From Octopus sinensis (taxonomy: Eukaryota), in contig NC_043001.1 of assembly GCF_006345805.1 (NCBI RefSeq), forward strand, positions 41,044,001 through 41,108,000: a stretch of DNA of 64,000 nucleotides, written 5' to 3'. This document shows positions 38,311 through 51,000 of this stretch, piece by piece. The notes under the pieces are model-generated. The model saw only the letters and a list, made by a program, of their open reading frames with translations. It was not told the origin of the DNA and ran no database searches. Made by a program: the position numbers and the translations under genes. Each line of letters begins with the position of its first letter. Position 1 is the first letter of the stretch.

Positions 38311-39484
38311 TTTTGTATGTATGTAAAGTATGTACGTGTATATGAAAGATAATGTGTGCGAGCGCGTTCAGATTTGTATTCACACACCCATTGACTTTCA
38401 TGTCCATGAGTTGAATAGTGAAACACTCGCGCACACATAAATACATATACATACATCTTGTATGTATTTATGGGCGGAGGTTAAAGATCATGGACCGCAC
38501 CTTCTTTGGGATTTTTTGGGGGTTTTATTTTTACACGAACACACTATATCGAGGGCGGAGATTCCGAATCTGCAAAAAAAAATCTGCATTTCAAAATTTA
38601 AATCCGCCCCAACCGGAAATTTGACAAGCTAGAAACAACAGCCAAACCGAGGATCAACTTTCTAAATACGAATTACCAAAAGAGAAAAAAAAAATTGTTT
38701 AAACGTCATTTTGTTGTGTTTGTGTGTGCAAAAAATCTAATTTTTTCATGCCTCTCTTAATTCCAAAAGACCCTCAACCACAACATGTTGGGTTATGTTC
38801 GTCATGAAACAGTAGAGAAAACACTTTAATTTCATTTCTTGTCATAGGATGAAGGAGAGGGGTGTTTATTTTAATTTTTTTTTTTTTTGAAAAATTAAAA
38901 TTTTACAGAATTTTTTTTTCAGAATCATAATCTCTGTATTTTTCTACGTATTTCGCCCCAATTTTTTTTTAAAGTGAAAGTTTAAGAAATTTATGCGGGG
39001 TGGGGTGGGGGCGGTATTTAAATTCTGAAATGCAGATTCGGAATCTCCGTCCTCGATATAGTGTGTTCCTGTAAAAAAAAAAAAAATTTTAAAAAAACAT
39101 CGCAAAGGTCCATGATCCATGATCTTTTACCTCCGCCATATTTATTTTAATTTAATTTTTAATTCAATTTTTATTGGCTCAAAAAACAAAAGCAAGGCCA
39201 TGTAGGGTGACAGGGAGTTATGTACAGGGAGGGTGGTCATACAAAGAGTTCAGGCCATTTCTGGTCAAGAGAGACTTTGAACCGAGCGGTGTGTATATGA
39301 AAGATAATTGGTGTGTGGGGGGAGCGTGTTTCACTTTTTCACCTCCCTTACAGACTTCAAAGCATATGTCGGCTTTAACTGGACATGAAAACAAAAGTAA
39401 ATGAATATAAAATTCTTTACGGAAATTGCCGAACAAATCAACTGGAAATTTTGATAGACTTCCTATTTTAATCGAAAGATCGCC
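38027..39484. repeat. Outer inverted repeat pair of about 200 bp (38027-38228 / 39295-39484)
   Basis: Direct reverse-complement match read by eye, e.g. gttcggcaatttccgtaaagaat / attctttacggaaattgccgaac. Confidence 0.85.
38473..39137. mobile_element. MULE-like MITE with TIRs of about 135 bp
   Basis: GGCGGAGGT(T/A)AAAGATCATGG termini; arms 38473-38611 / 39007-39137; imperfect 9-bp flanks gtatttatg / atatttatt. Confidence 0.7.
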
Positions 39485-39940
39485 AAATTCGATAATTTCA
39501 CACCAATACTCATTGCTAGAGCTCTTTCACTGTCTTATCCACACTCATTAAATCCGGTTCACAGAATCAAAACAAACATTGTGCTGTAATTCTTAACAGG
39601 ATCAAACTACCTTATTTTAACAGTGAAAAAAAAAATTACTATTAGTTTATCAGACTTTAAACCTTTTCCTTGGACAGCTTTTTTGTCTTTTCCCTCTAAT
39701 TATCTATTTGTGTTTTATGAATCATTTTTGCTGGGAGACAGAGGAACGAGAGGCTCCACGTTTTATTTTGTATCCCCCCTATCTTTCTGTAATTGCTACT
39801 CTATCGTACTCTGCTTATATCTCTCTGAGATATTTAGAAATGTAATATTTCTATTTTTGTAATCAGTAGATTTATTTCACTAGAATTCTTATATATTTAC
39901 AGGGGCTAGATGGACATTTCCAACTAGCAGGCCATGCTAC

Positions 39941-39983
39941 TCCAGACTGATGATGAGCAAAGACTCAGAAACTAGTCTTTGGG
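39941..39983 (+). ncRNA. Minimal type I hammerhead ribozyme motif
   Basis: Stem I UCCAGA/UUUGGG; core CUGAUGA 39947-39953; stem II UGAG-caaaga-CUCA; GAAA; palindromic stem III AC-UA-GU; GUC cleavage triplet ending at 39977. Confidence 0.7.
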
Positions 39984-40099
39984 TGCAGGCTTAGCTGCGT
40001 GGAGGTGCTTATCTCCCTACTGTAAACATAAGGACACAGGAAATGTGTTAAGGCTGACAGGAAGCGTTGCTGCTTCCTAGGGCTAAATAGCAGTGGTGT

Positions 40100-41470
40100 G
40101 ATTCCCTTCATAAGACTGTCACATTAAGTTGACAGTATACAACTACTGGGGTGATCACAGTGGTTTTTGGTACATCATCATCTTGTACTGGTATTTGGTG
40201 GTATCCCTGGATGAAGTCAACCATGGAGAAAACTGAGCACCTGGCTAGCTGGGCTGAAAAATCTTGTATATTTGGAATGGGGTAGTGGTCAGGTGTCGTA
40301 TCTGCATTGAGATGGTGGTAATCTCCGCAGGGTTGATACCCTCCATTGGATTTAGAGGCCACATGCAGGAGTGATGACCAGAGACTGCTTGATTGGTGAA
40401 CTATACCCAATGCCTCCATATTGTTGAACTCGGCCTTTGCGATTGCAAGTTTGTCTGGTGATAGATGACATATGTGGTTGTGCACTGGGGGGGGGGGGCG
40501 GTGGTGAAGATGTGGTGTGTCATCCCGTGGCGGGCTGTAGGTTTGGAGAATGTCGGAGTGGTGAGATTGGGGCAACTAACAAGAAGATCCAAAAATTCGT
40601 TCTTGGTCTGCATGATGGTTGCTCTGCAGGGGGCAGCATGTGCAGATGTTGCAAGAGGCATGGAAGCATATGTGTTGTTGTTGAGGACCGTATGTCTCGA
40701 TTGTGGACCCATTGGCCCTGGAGTGTCCATGAGTCACTGGTGAAGGAGCCCTGAAGCTACATAGTTGTTTACATTTTGTTGCCTTTTTCCAAACTTTGCA
40801 TAGTAGAAGCACAGATCATCATGCTTAACCCTACCCTGTCTTAGGGCCAACCCTATGGTGTTGACCAGGACACCACTGGATAAAAATGCCTGTCAGCTGC
40901 CTTTGCTAATTGCCGCAGGTCCTTGATTTACGTCTGAGTTATGAGGGCCTGGACCTGGGGTGGGAGCTTGTGGAGGAATATTTCTTTAAACAAAAAGGAG
41001 GGTGACTCACCAGAGGGGACTAATGCCAACATCCTGTCCATCAGTTCTGAAGGCTTGGAATCACCTAATTCCTCCTCCTGTATCCTGACTGCCGCTTCTC
41101 TTTCACTGTGTCGGAATGTGTTCACTATCCTATCTTTCAATATGGTGTATTTTTCTATTGGTGGGGGATGGGTTAAAATGTCCACCACCCTACTTGTGTC
41201 TTCGTCTAGTGCCACCACGTGTGAGTACTTTGTTTGGTTGGCTGTTATCTTGTTTATATCGAATTGAGCTTCCGCCTGCGTGAACCATAGCTCAGCCCTC
41301 TTAGACCAGAACCATGGTAGCCCCAGTGGTGTTTTGTTGCTAGCCATGGATTAAGTCATCAGTTATTTTTGTATAGTTCACTCAGATTTGTTCCATGCTC
41401 GCTGCAGACATTCTTCTGTTTTTGTTCTCCTGCCAGAAGTCCTTTTTCCTCCTGCTGACCAACTTCCTAG
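40100..41470 (-). mobile_element. Decayed Ty3/Gypsy (CsRn1-like) LTR retrotransposon: gag plus truncated RT
   Basis: Gag FW...ELWF.Q.EAQF and LGD.KPSELM..M; RT L..AKAEF..M..LGI, PCGDY..LNA.T.PD.YPIP and DF..GYHQIPV. Confidence 0.92.
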
Positions 41471-44400
41471 CTAGCCCACAGCGAAGTATCTGTCTACAGT
41501 TTGTCTGTTACGAATCCTTCCCTACACCAGTATATTTAGATATAGAAAAAAGGTACAAAATACCAGTCAAATTAATATATCCGAAAATATATGCTAACAC
41601 AATGTTATCAAGGTAATCCCAAATGAGTTAAATTCAAAGATCCTTGACCGGGTTTGGTTGTATTAGAGAGGGAGATGACATTATGCCTGATGTTGAGACG
41701 CTGAAGTATGAAAGAGGGAAGGGACAAGTGTTTTGCTATAGAAGAGATACATGACTAGCCTGCATTACATAAGGGTGGATGCGGGCTAGATGGAATGAGG
41801 GTAATGATGATGGTGATGAGGTATTGGAACGTACTTTCAAGATACAAGAATGTAAATATAGGGAATATGGACAAAGAATCAGGAAGAGTGGATGGATAAG
41901 TTCATCAGAATGAGAGAGGAGGGTAGTAGATTCTTAGAGAGGGGTGTAGAGATGAATGTAATAAGTGGAACAAGGGTTAAGGTGTGGTCAATAGCAAATA
42001 TCAGTGTGGTGGGGGTAAGGTGAAAGAATAAGTGTGGCTTAGGAAGGAGGAGGTCGTAGAGAGGGAGATGGCTTTATGCCAGATATTGTAAGGCTATAAG
42101 GAGCAGGTTCAGGTGTCTTGCTATGGAGGAGAAGCATCACTTCCCAGCATTACATAAAAGTGAGAGTAAGTGGAAGGAAGATAAATATGGTGGTGAAAAG
42201 GTGTCAGAGTACTTACAAGGTATAAAATGGTGAGTATAAGAGAGAATACAGAGGAGGAATGGGAAGGATGGATGGGTAAATTCCTAAGTGTAAGAGGAAA
42301 TTGACAGATGATGAGAGATGGGGGTAAGGGTAAATATAGTGGATGATAAATGTCAGTATATGGCGGTGGGGGTGGAGTGCAGCAGTATAATAAATCTGTA
42401 GGTTGATAAGAAATTAAGTAGATAATATGTGGGGTGAGAGAGGGTAAAGGAATGTGCATTGTCAGAGATGGCTGTGAGAGATATGCAGGGGTGGCTATAG
42501 TGAATGGGAGACAAAGGTGAGGCCATTGACAGCAGATATATCAAGATAATGAGAATGATTGCAGATAAAAGGTGTTAGAGATAAGATAATGGCTGTCTTA
42601 AAATGTATCTCATGAAGGCTCAGGGGTGATTGGTAGAAAATAAAGTGGGAAGGGATGATATTGAAAATTTGGGATCGATTTTAAAAGGAAGTGGTTCTAG
42701 AGAGAAGGAAGGTAACTAGTAGCACAAAGGAGGATGGGATGTATGCATGTTCTACTCTTTATGATTAAAGTAGCTGAGTAGTAGTGTTTGGGAGATAAGT
42801 GAGGAAAGCTTGTTGGGGATAGAAGCTGGGTCCTGTAAGTGTATACACATTAAAATGCTTTTAGAATCTCAGTTTCATCAAAACAGATGAATCTTATCAA
42901 GCACAGCAAATCACCAGTCATCTTGGTCTTTTGTTGGCTCCTCTGTGAGGTTCAACATCTTGAGATCAACCTTCAAGATTGGTAAACAATTATAGATAGA
43001 AGGAATCCATTTATATGAGATGTTACATATATATGTATTACAACTTGTAAATAAATCTTTGCAGCTATTTCAAAACTTTGGTGAATGGTCGATGTATTAA
43101 TGCTTATCATGCAAACTGATGTACATAATAAGGCAATATTACAAGAAGTGTATCTACAAAAATATCAACTCTCATGAAGCATGATTCACAAGTATCTTCA
43201 TGTAGGAAACCCCAAACATTCTCTTTGGAAGGATGATTAGCAAATGCAATAGTAGGACAAACATTCACAATCAATACTGACATAGAGAATGAGGGGAACA
43301 ATTACTAATGGAGAGGTGATTATAGAGGAATTAGGAGGAGAAAGAATGCAAAATTAAGAGAATGGCTAATTTTGATGATGTTTGTTTCCCGTTTTCCATA
43401 TAAGCATATCATGGCTGTTTGTAGTTTGACAGAGTGAAAAAGTGACAGTCAATTTGTTTTTGTGAATTTGTAGTCAACTTTATCATACCTCAGAAATTTT
43501 TGGTAAATTTAAATAAACCAAAACTAAGAAAGTGTGATTTAAAACAAATTGGTGGATCATTCTTTAAAATTTTTGGAAAATTAAACTCATTAATAGAAAT
43601 TGATAAGAGAATTGAGGGTGTGAATATTTTTGTTGCTGTTCATTAAAGAAACCCACAAAATCATGTTAGTATGGACTTGAATGTTTATAATTTAACAGTA
43701 ATTTATGATTGAAGCTACAGGTCAATTTGAGATATTGAAAAGTTTTAAGGTGTACATTCTTCTCAAAGGAAGCTATTTTGAGACAAGACCATTAGCAATA
43801 TACATTAAACTATTAGTGAAGTGAAGTTAAGGTAACTAATTAACAAAGGTCTTTAAGAAGTTCTTGGGTCTTATCAGATGGACATCTCTTCTATATGGAA
43901 TTATGACAACTTGTGCTATCTTTTGGAGAGCAGTTGAACATATTAGGAATGAGGTAATGTGACTGTTTATCAACTTGGTTGATGTATTGAGGCTAAAACT
44001 CTTGAAAACCTACATAGATAAGGTCATAAAAAAGGTTGTAAGTATCAAATATGGCAATCAATTGAACTAAATCTGATGGACTGATGACTTGTGTTTCTTT
44101 CTGGAATATAGATTTACAAAAGAGTGTATATCATTAGATCATCATTTAGTAGTGAGAATTATGGATGTAAAAACTACTTAAGAACAGAACAAAAAGCAAT
44201 TTGAATATTTTCTTAGTTTTGTTAATTTTTGTTTAAATTTTATCAATCATTATTTAGATTTCATATCTCCACTTGCATTACTTTGTAAGCATGATGTACA
44301 ATTTTCATGGAAGATCCAACAATAGAAGGTGTTTTAGCATATAAAGCTGAAGTCTGGATAGAGGCCAGTGAGCAAGATTTATGATGCTGTGAAGGTGAAA

Positions 44401-45306
44401 GAAGCACCTTAATAAGTGATGCAAGTAAAAAGGCTATGTCAGGAATCAGGAATACTTTTGTAAGATAGCCATATTGTATTTGTCAAAGGCATCAACCACA
44501 GATGAAATAAGATATTCAAATATTGGAAAGGAAGCTTGGTGATTGTATGGTATATTTGAAGAGTATGCCATTTACTGCTTAACCAGAAATTAAAATTTGT
44601 CTCAGACCATAGCTACTATTTTGGCAAGAAATTATGGTTCCTCCAAAGCAAAAGTTCTTTATCATTTTTTTTTATCTATGAATCTTTTTAAATTACTATT
44701 CTATTCTGGTGGACTCATAGCCATTCGATATTTAAAAACTAGTTTTATAGAAACGTCTTTCAAAATTGCTATTTTGTTTTACATTAACTTGTGTAGGTTG
44801 AACTATGTAAAATATTAGAGAAAGAAACCTAGCTGTTTCTTGCAATACACACCAATATCTAAAGCAAAAGTTTTTTTTCAAGGGCCCTTAAAGTATTATT
44901 GTGGATTCCTAATTTACTATTTTGCTGTATGGAGCCCCTAAAATCTTATATGAATTCAGTTCCACTACATGGCACCTTGGGCAAGTGTCTTCAACTATAT
45001 CCCCGGGCTGACCAAAACCTTGTGAGTAGGTTTGGTAGACAGAAACTGAAAGAAGCCTCTTGTGTGCGTGTGAGTGTTTGACCCCCACCACTGCTTGACA
45101 ACTGATCTTGGTGTGTTTACCTCTCCAAAACTTAGTGGCTCAGCAAAAGAGACCAATAGAATAAGTACCAGGCTTAAAAATAAAAGTATTGAGGTCAATT
45201 CATGTGACTAAAATTCCTCAAGGTGGTGCTCCAGCATGGCCACAGTGTAATGACTGAAACAAGTAAAAACAAAAAAATAATTGAAGTACTGTTGTTGAAA
45301 GGCCAT

Positions 45307-45479
45307 TTAACTCTTTATGATGCAGATTGCTAAATGTAATATCTTATAGCTTTGAGAGTTTGGTGATATTGTTTTAGAATGACATTGTAGGGTAGGTGTG
45401 AGAGGTCAGACCAGGCCAGTTTGAACATAAAACAGAATATTTGGCCTGGATCTGGCTGGTTTAAATGTAAAATGGTTAA
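45307..45479. mobile_element. piggyBac-like MITE (TTAA-flanked family A)
   Basis: TTAA flanks; reverse-complement similarity to 46579-46806. Confidence 0.7.
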
Positions 45480-46578
45480 GTCATTGGAAAATGGGTGGAA
45501 GGAGAATTGTTTGATCAACCTGTTTAATGAGGTACATTGTAGCTCTGTGGTTAAAAGGAATGGATTGAAATTAGATGCATGGTGGCCAGGTTATGGTGAG
45601 GATGGGTGTTAGAATATAAGCAGGATTCCTCACATGGTGCAGACACAGCCTAAAGAAACTAAAGTTTTGATGTGTTCTTATGGCTTATGCTTATGTAAAG
45701 AATTATGAACTGTTCTTAATATTCATTAATACATACTGTGAGTGGCCAAAAGTAATTGGAGTTAAGAATAAAAAAAGAAACAGGTAAGCAGGTCAATATC
45801 CCAGAAGAATGGATGTCTAACAATGCCTGTGAATTTTGTGATAATCAATGGCTTAATAAGGTCAAATGAAGAACAAAACAAAAATATCACCGTATCTTCC
45901 AAAAACCAAATAGAATTTCAGAGAGAAAGGTTTGCAAGTGTTAAAATGGCGGCTGTGTGGTTAAGAAGCTTGCTTCCCCAACTATGTGGTCTTAGGTTCA
46001 GTCTCACTGTACAGCACCCTGGGCAAGTGTCTTCTGCTATAGACCTGACTGAAACTTTATCATATATGTATGTATATGTATTATGTGTGTTTACCTTTGT
46101 CTTGACATCATGTGATGACTGTAAATGAGTATCACTATTATACAAGCGTTTTTGTTTCCAGTTTTCCATGTAAAACATATCTATCCATTGGAGAAATATT
46201 ACCTGGCTTGAAAACAGCTGAAGGTTAGCAACAGGAAGGGCATCCAGCCAAGAAAAGCCTGCCTTAGCAAATTCCATTTGAACTATGCAAACATGAAAAA
46301 GCAAACATTAAACTATGATGATGATTTATTGAATAAGGGTTCTTAGTTCATCTGCTTTGACAGGCAAAAACAATAATGTCTCCTGTAACTGCTGCACAGT
46401 TTGGTATCAGTGTAGAAGAAACAATAAACCAAAGCAAGATAGATTTATATCTCAAGCAAACAATAACACTTAAGGGTAAACTGAGAATGCCACCTGGTAA
46501 AATTAGATAACACAATATCCAGAGCGAACAAAATGCAGAATCAATTCTGTAAGCTTTTAAATGATATTTCATACTCTG

Positions 46579-46806
46579 TTAACTCTTTCGCATTTATACT
46601 GGCCATATCTGGCTCAAATATTCTGCCTGTTTGATGTTCAAACTGGTCAGATCCAGCCTCTCACACCTAACCAGTAAGGTCACTCTAAAATTAAACAATC
46701 ACATCGTTGAAATCTCAAACCTCCAAGATGATGTATGATTAATTCAAAACAGTGTGAATAAATAAGTATTACATTTGACAGAGTAATCTGAATGCTAAAG
46801 GATTAA
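46579..46806. mobile_element. piggyBac-like MITE (family A)
   Basis: ttaactcttt...aatgctaaaggattaa. Confidence 0.75.
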
Positions 46807-47320
46807 TATGGAGTGTGATTTGACAATGGATTCTGGAACAAGCATAGCAAATGGTGTTAGATTAGTTCATCAATAAAGAAAGGAATGAAACCAATTTGTT
46901 TTCTGGAGATTAGATACTATTCTTAAGCTAATGTTCTGTATGTATTCTGTGCTTACAAATGATTCATCAGTCTAGGTATAAGGTAACAGCTTGGCTATTT
47001 AGTTGATAAAACTTCTGTGTGTAAAGAGAATTACATGTGGATATAACTGTATTTGAATAAACATTGTTTTCACATGACTATGTGTGTATATGTATATATG
47101 CTTGAGTATGTATGTGTCTGTAATGCATGTATGTATATGTAAATATGTATATGCATATCCATGTATATTTATGTGTATGAGTGTATATAAGTTCACTGTC
47201 ACAGCTTGGGTATTCAGTTGTAAAGTTTTGAGATTAAAGGATTGTGTGCAGTTATAATAAACACTGTTCAATACAACAATGTGTATGTGTGTGTGTATAT
47301 ACACATGCACATATATCTGA

Positions 47321-47356
<36 letters not shown>

Positions 47357-49479
47357 GTGTGAGCATGGCTCTGTGGTTAAGGTGTTTGCTTTCCAATTAC
47401 ATGGTTTTGGATTCAGTCCCACTTTGCATTGCCTTGAGCAAGTCCTCTACTATAGTGCTGAGCTTATGAAATCTTTGTAAGTGGATTTGGTTGACAGAAA
47501 CTCAAAGAAGCCTTTAGTGTATGTGTGTTGTGTGTGTCTTTGTCTTGACATTGTACACTAGTTATATACAAGCATTACTGTCATACAGCAGTGTCCTTTA
47601 TACCCAAAGTTCTGAGAAAACATGTTCAGCCATTGGAAAATCATGTGAAAACATGTTCAGTTTTGCTTTGAAAAAGGTGAAGGTAAGTGACTGGAAGAGC
47701 ATCCAGCCATAAAATATCTGCCTCAACTAATTTTGTCTAAACCATGCAAACATGAAAAAGTGGACACTAAAGTGATGTTAATGATAATGATGCTATATAA
47801 ACAACAGTTTCCTACTGCTTCCATCTACAAAAGTCACTTGGTAGTATTGGCTGGCCAGAGGTTATAATAAGAGATGCATACCTAAAGTTCTGTGCAGTGG
47901 GACAACCTAAAATTTACCTGCACACAATCTGTCCCTAACAAATCTCTCCACCCCATAACTCATCTTCCGAACACTATCTCTGTCTGCCTGTGTTCACTTG
48001 TAGCATTCCCTTCTTCTCAATCTCCTACATTCCTTTAATACCCCCACAAACTTACCTGCCCACTCACTCTGTCCAATCCTCTGTACCACTTATATTCATC
48101 TCCCTGTTACTTGAGCTGCAATTATCCTGTCAATTTGTTGAACATTCTCACTGTAATGTAGAAGAGAAAATTTCAATATTTAATTCCTTATTTAGTTAGA
48201 TTCTCTTAGAAGCAGCCCATATTTTTCTCCAATTCAAATATTTGTTTGTCATATATTTGAATTTTAATGTCATCAGTAACGCAGGTAAATTACACAAAAT
48301 TACTCATATCATACATGTGTATATTTACTTGTTTCAATATTTAGACTGTGGCCATTTTGGGGCACCACCTTGCAGAATTTTAGTGTAAGTGAATCAACCC
48401 AAGTACGTTTTTCTTTTTTAACCCTGGTACTTATTCTGTTAGCCTCTCTTGCTGACATGGATGTAAACACACTAACACTGATTGTCAAGTAATGATGACA
48501 TAAACATGCGCGCGCACACACACACCATACACAATAGACTTCTTTCAGTTTCCTTCTACCAAATTCACTCACAAGGCTTTGGTTAGCCTGAGGCTATAGT
48601 AAAATACACTTGCCCAAGATGCGATACAGTGGGATTGAACCCGGAATTATGTGGTTGGAAAGCAAGTTTCTTACCACACAGCCATGTCTGGTTAATTGTT
48701 GTATATTCTGAAATACATGTTTTATGAAGATAAGTTTGAAATGTAATATTCTAAAAGTTCATGCTTTCTATGTTAGGCATGGTTGTATGGTAAGAAGCTT
48801 GATTTCTACGAATAGCGAACGGAAAAAATGGATGGATGAATATAAAAATAACATCTTCTCAAACACACACATGCAACTTTTCCTTGTTATAGGCACAGGC
48901 ATGGCTGTGTGGTTAAGAAATTTACTTTGCAAGCACAGGGTTTCAGGTTTAGTTCCAGTGTACAGCATGTTGGGCAAATGTCTCTATTAAAGCCCTAAGC
49001 CGAGAAAAGCCTTAGGAGTGGATTTGGTAGATGGAAACTGAAAGAAGCCATTTGTGTGTGTCTGTGTGCACGTGCACCTGTGTATGAGTATGTTACTGTA
49101 TATTTGAGTGTAAGTTTGTGTGTCTTCTTGCCTTGATATTGCATGCCAGTTGTAAATAAGTGTCACTGTGAAATGAATGGTGGTGTTTGTTTGCAATCTG
49201 TTACAAAAATATGTCCGATCTTTGTACTGATCCTGTTTGAAGAACTAGAGGAGATATTAACTTTGCTTGGAAACAAGTGAAGGTTGACAACAAGGACAGC
49301 ATCTAGTTGTAGAAAAGTTGTCTTGGTGAATTTTGTCTGACCCATGCTTGCATGGAAAATTGGACATTAAAGCAAAGAGGAGGAGGCGAGTGCATGTGTA
49401 TGTAACCAAATGTAAATGTTTTTACACTGATGTCCAAAATATATATAGATATAATATATACATCATGTAAAAAAAACCC

Positions 49480-49990
49480 ATTTTTTTCAGGTGAATTAAA
49501 AATAATTTTAACATTGCTTTCAACCAGCACTGAGATGTGCAAGTTAATGTGCATTCTATACTGTTTGTGTGAAAAATCCTAAATGTTAAATCTAATTTTA
49601 ATTATAATTCACCTGAAGGAAACGTTTTTTTTACAGGTTGTAATTGATTTGCTCATCAATAAAAAATACATCTGAATCAGCTGTAGTGAACCTCAGCCCA
49701 TTTGCATTTTCATTTATATTACACCACACTTGGAACCTTCCCTGCATTGGATCTTCTTGAGCCTACAGTGGACCATGGACCTCATGCTGGAATATACCCT
49801 TGTGTGATTTTATGTATACATTGAGTGTACTTGGTCAATACTTGTGGATGTATGCGTAACTGGAAGGACAAATTCCCACATGCTCTAGTAAGTACGTGAG
49901 TCTGTACACACTGTTGATATATGAGTATGCTGTCCTTGACTCTACCTTGGTGCCTTTGTTATTAAAATACCTTGATTCAATTGAATCTGG
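49480..49990 (+). mobile_element. Second, more decayed copy of the 36.4-kb Penelope-like family with a dead hammerhead (49608-49691)
   Basis: Similar by eye to 36480-36890; core mutated to CUGAAGG and GAAU. Confidence 0.55.
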
Positions 49991-50081
49991 CAAATAATTA
50001 TAACATATATATATTTTATATATTGTATATAAATTTTATATCTATTTTTCTTTAGAGTTCCTGATTTCCCTAGCTGATACA

Positions 50082-50256
50082 ATGTTAAAAACCAGTTTAC
50101 GTCTCAAGTGTTTCCTTGGCACAGTTTTATATATTGTGCTTTGTGAAATCATTGTTTGTGCAGATAATGCACACAGACACCTTCATCAAGATGATCAGTT
50201 ACACACTCCTGCAGAATCTAAAAATTCAGAAAATGTTAAACCAGAAGTAGATGAAG
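50082..50256 (+). CDS. SEL1L: SEL1L first coding exon with signal peptide (MLKTSLRLKCFLGTVLYIVLCEIIVCA...EVDE)
   Basis: Acceptor at 50054-50055 upstream of the ATG; hydrophobic signal-like N-terminus; ends at an AG|GCAAGT (GC) donor in phase 1, which matches the next exon. Confidence 0.8.
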
Positions 50257-50699
50257 GCAAGTAGAGTTTGTTAAATTTTAATTCATTATCTTAAAAAAAA
50301 AAAAAAATTACCAAATGAAAAAATTATTCAAAGAATACATCATCATCATACATTGTATTTTGATTCCACTGCATAGTGTCTTGCCCTCTAGTCAACCAAT
50401 AATGTGTGAGGTGAATTTGGTAGAAACCCTTCACACACATGCACACTTTGAGTCAAAGGCAATCCATGTAATGGAAACACCCCAACTCATTTGCTCCAAA
50501 GAAGACCAACTCAATAAGAATTTTATGAAATGTTGAAGTTAAAATTACAATAAATTCCAAAGCATTCCAAATTTTCAGTGATCAAGGAAAAAGTAATTTT
50601 TTCAATTGTTTAAATAATTATATTCTTGAATTAATTTAATTCCATTAGTTGATATGACCATATACAATCATGTAGACCATGAAAAGGTCTGCTTTAATT

Positions 50700-51000
50700 T
50701 TACAGCTGAATCTAACATATCCTGATTTAGTTGTTAAACAAACGAAATAGGTGTGACTCATATTTTACTTGAGAAATTCTGTGAGCAAACTGGTTTTTGA
50801 TACATTGGATTATATGAATATTTCTCTTAAAACATGGGGACCAAACTTGAGAGGTATATTCTAGTATGAATTGAACAAATGTATTAAAACATTTTGTAAA
50901 AAATATATATTTTTTGTTATAATATGAATAGACAGTTTGTACTGGGTAACTGAGAGCACAAAATCTTAGCATCCTCTTAGAAGTGGTTTTGCTAAATATG
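50700..51000 (-). mobile_element. CR1/L2-type LINE RT C-terminal fragment
   Basis: ILEYTSQVWSP motif. Confidence 0.65.

Noticed and set aside
41940-42830. Purine-rich stretch with several ORFs (similar at 19080-19380 and 62150-62620)
   Set aside because: Probably an old repeat family. The ORFs are compositionally biased and could not be classified.
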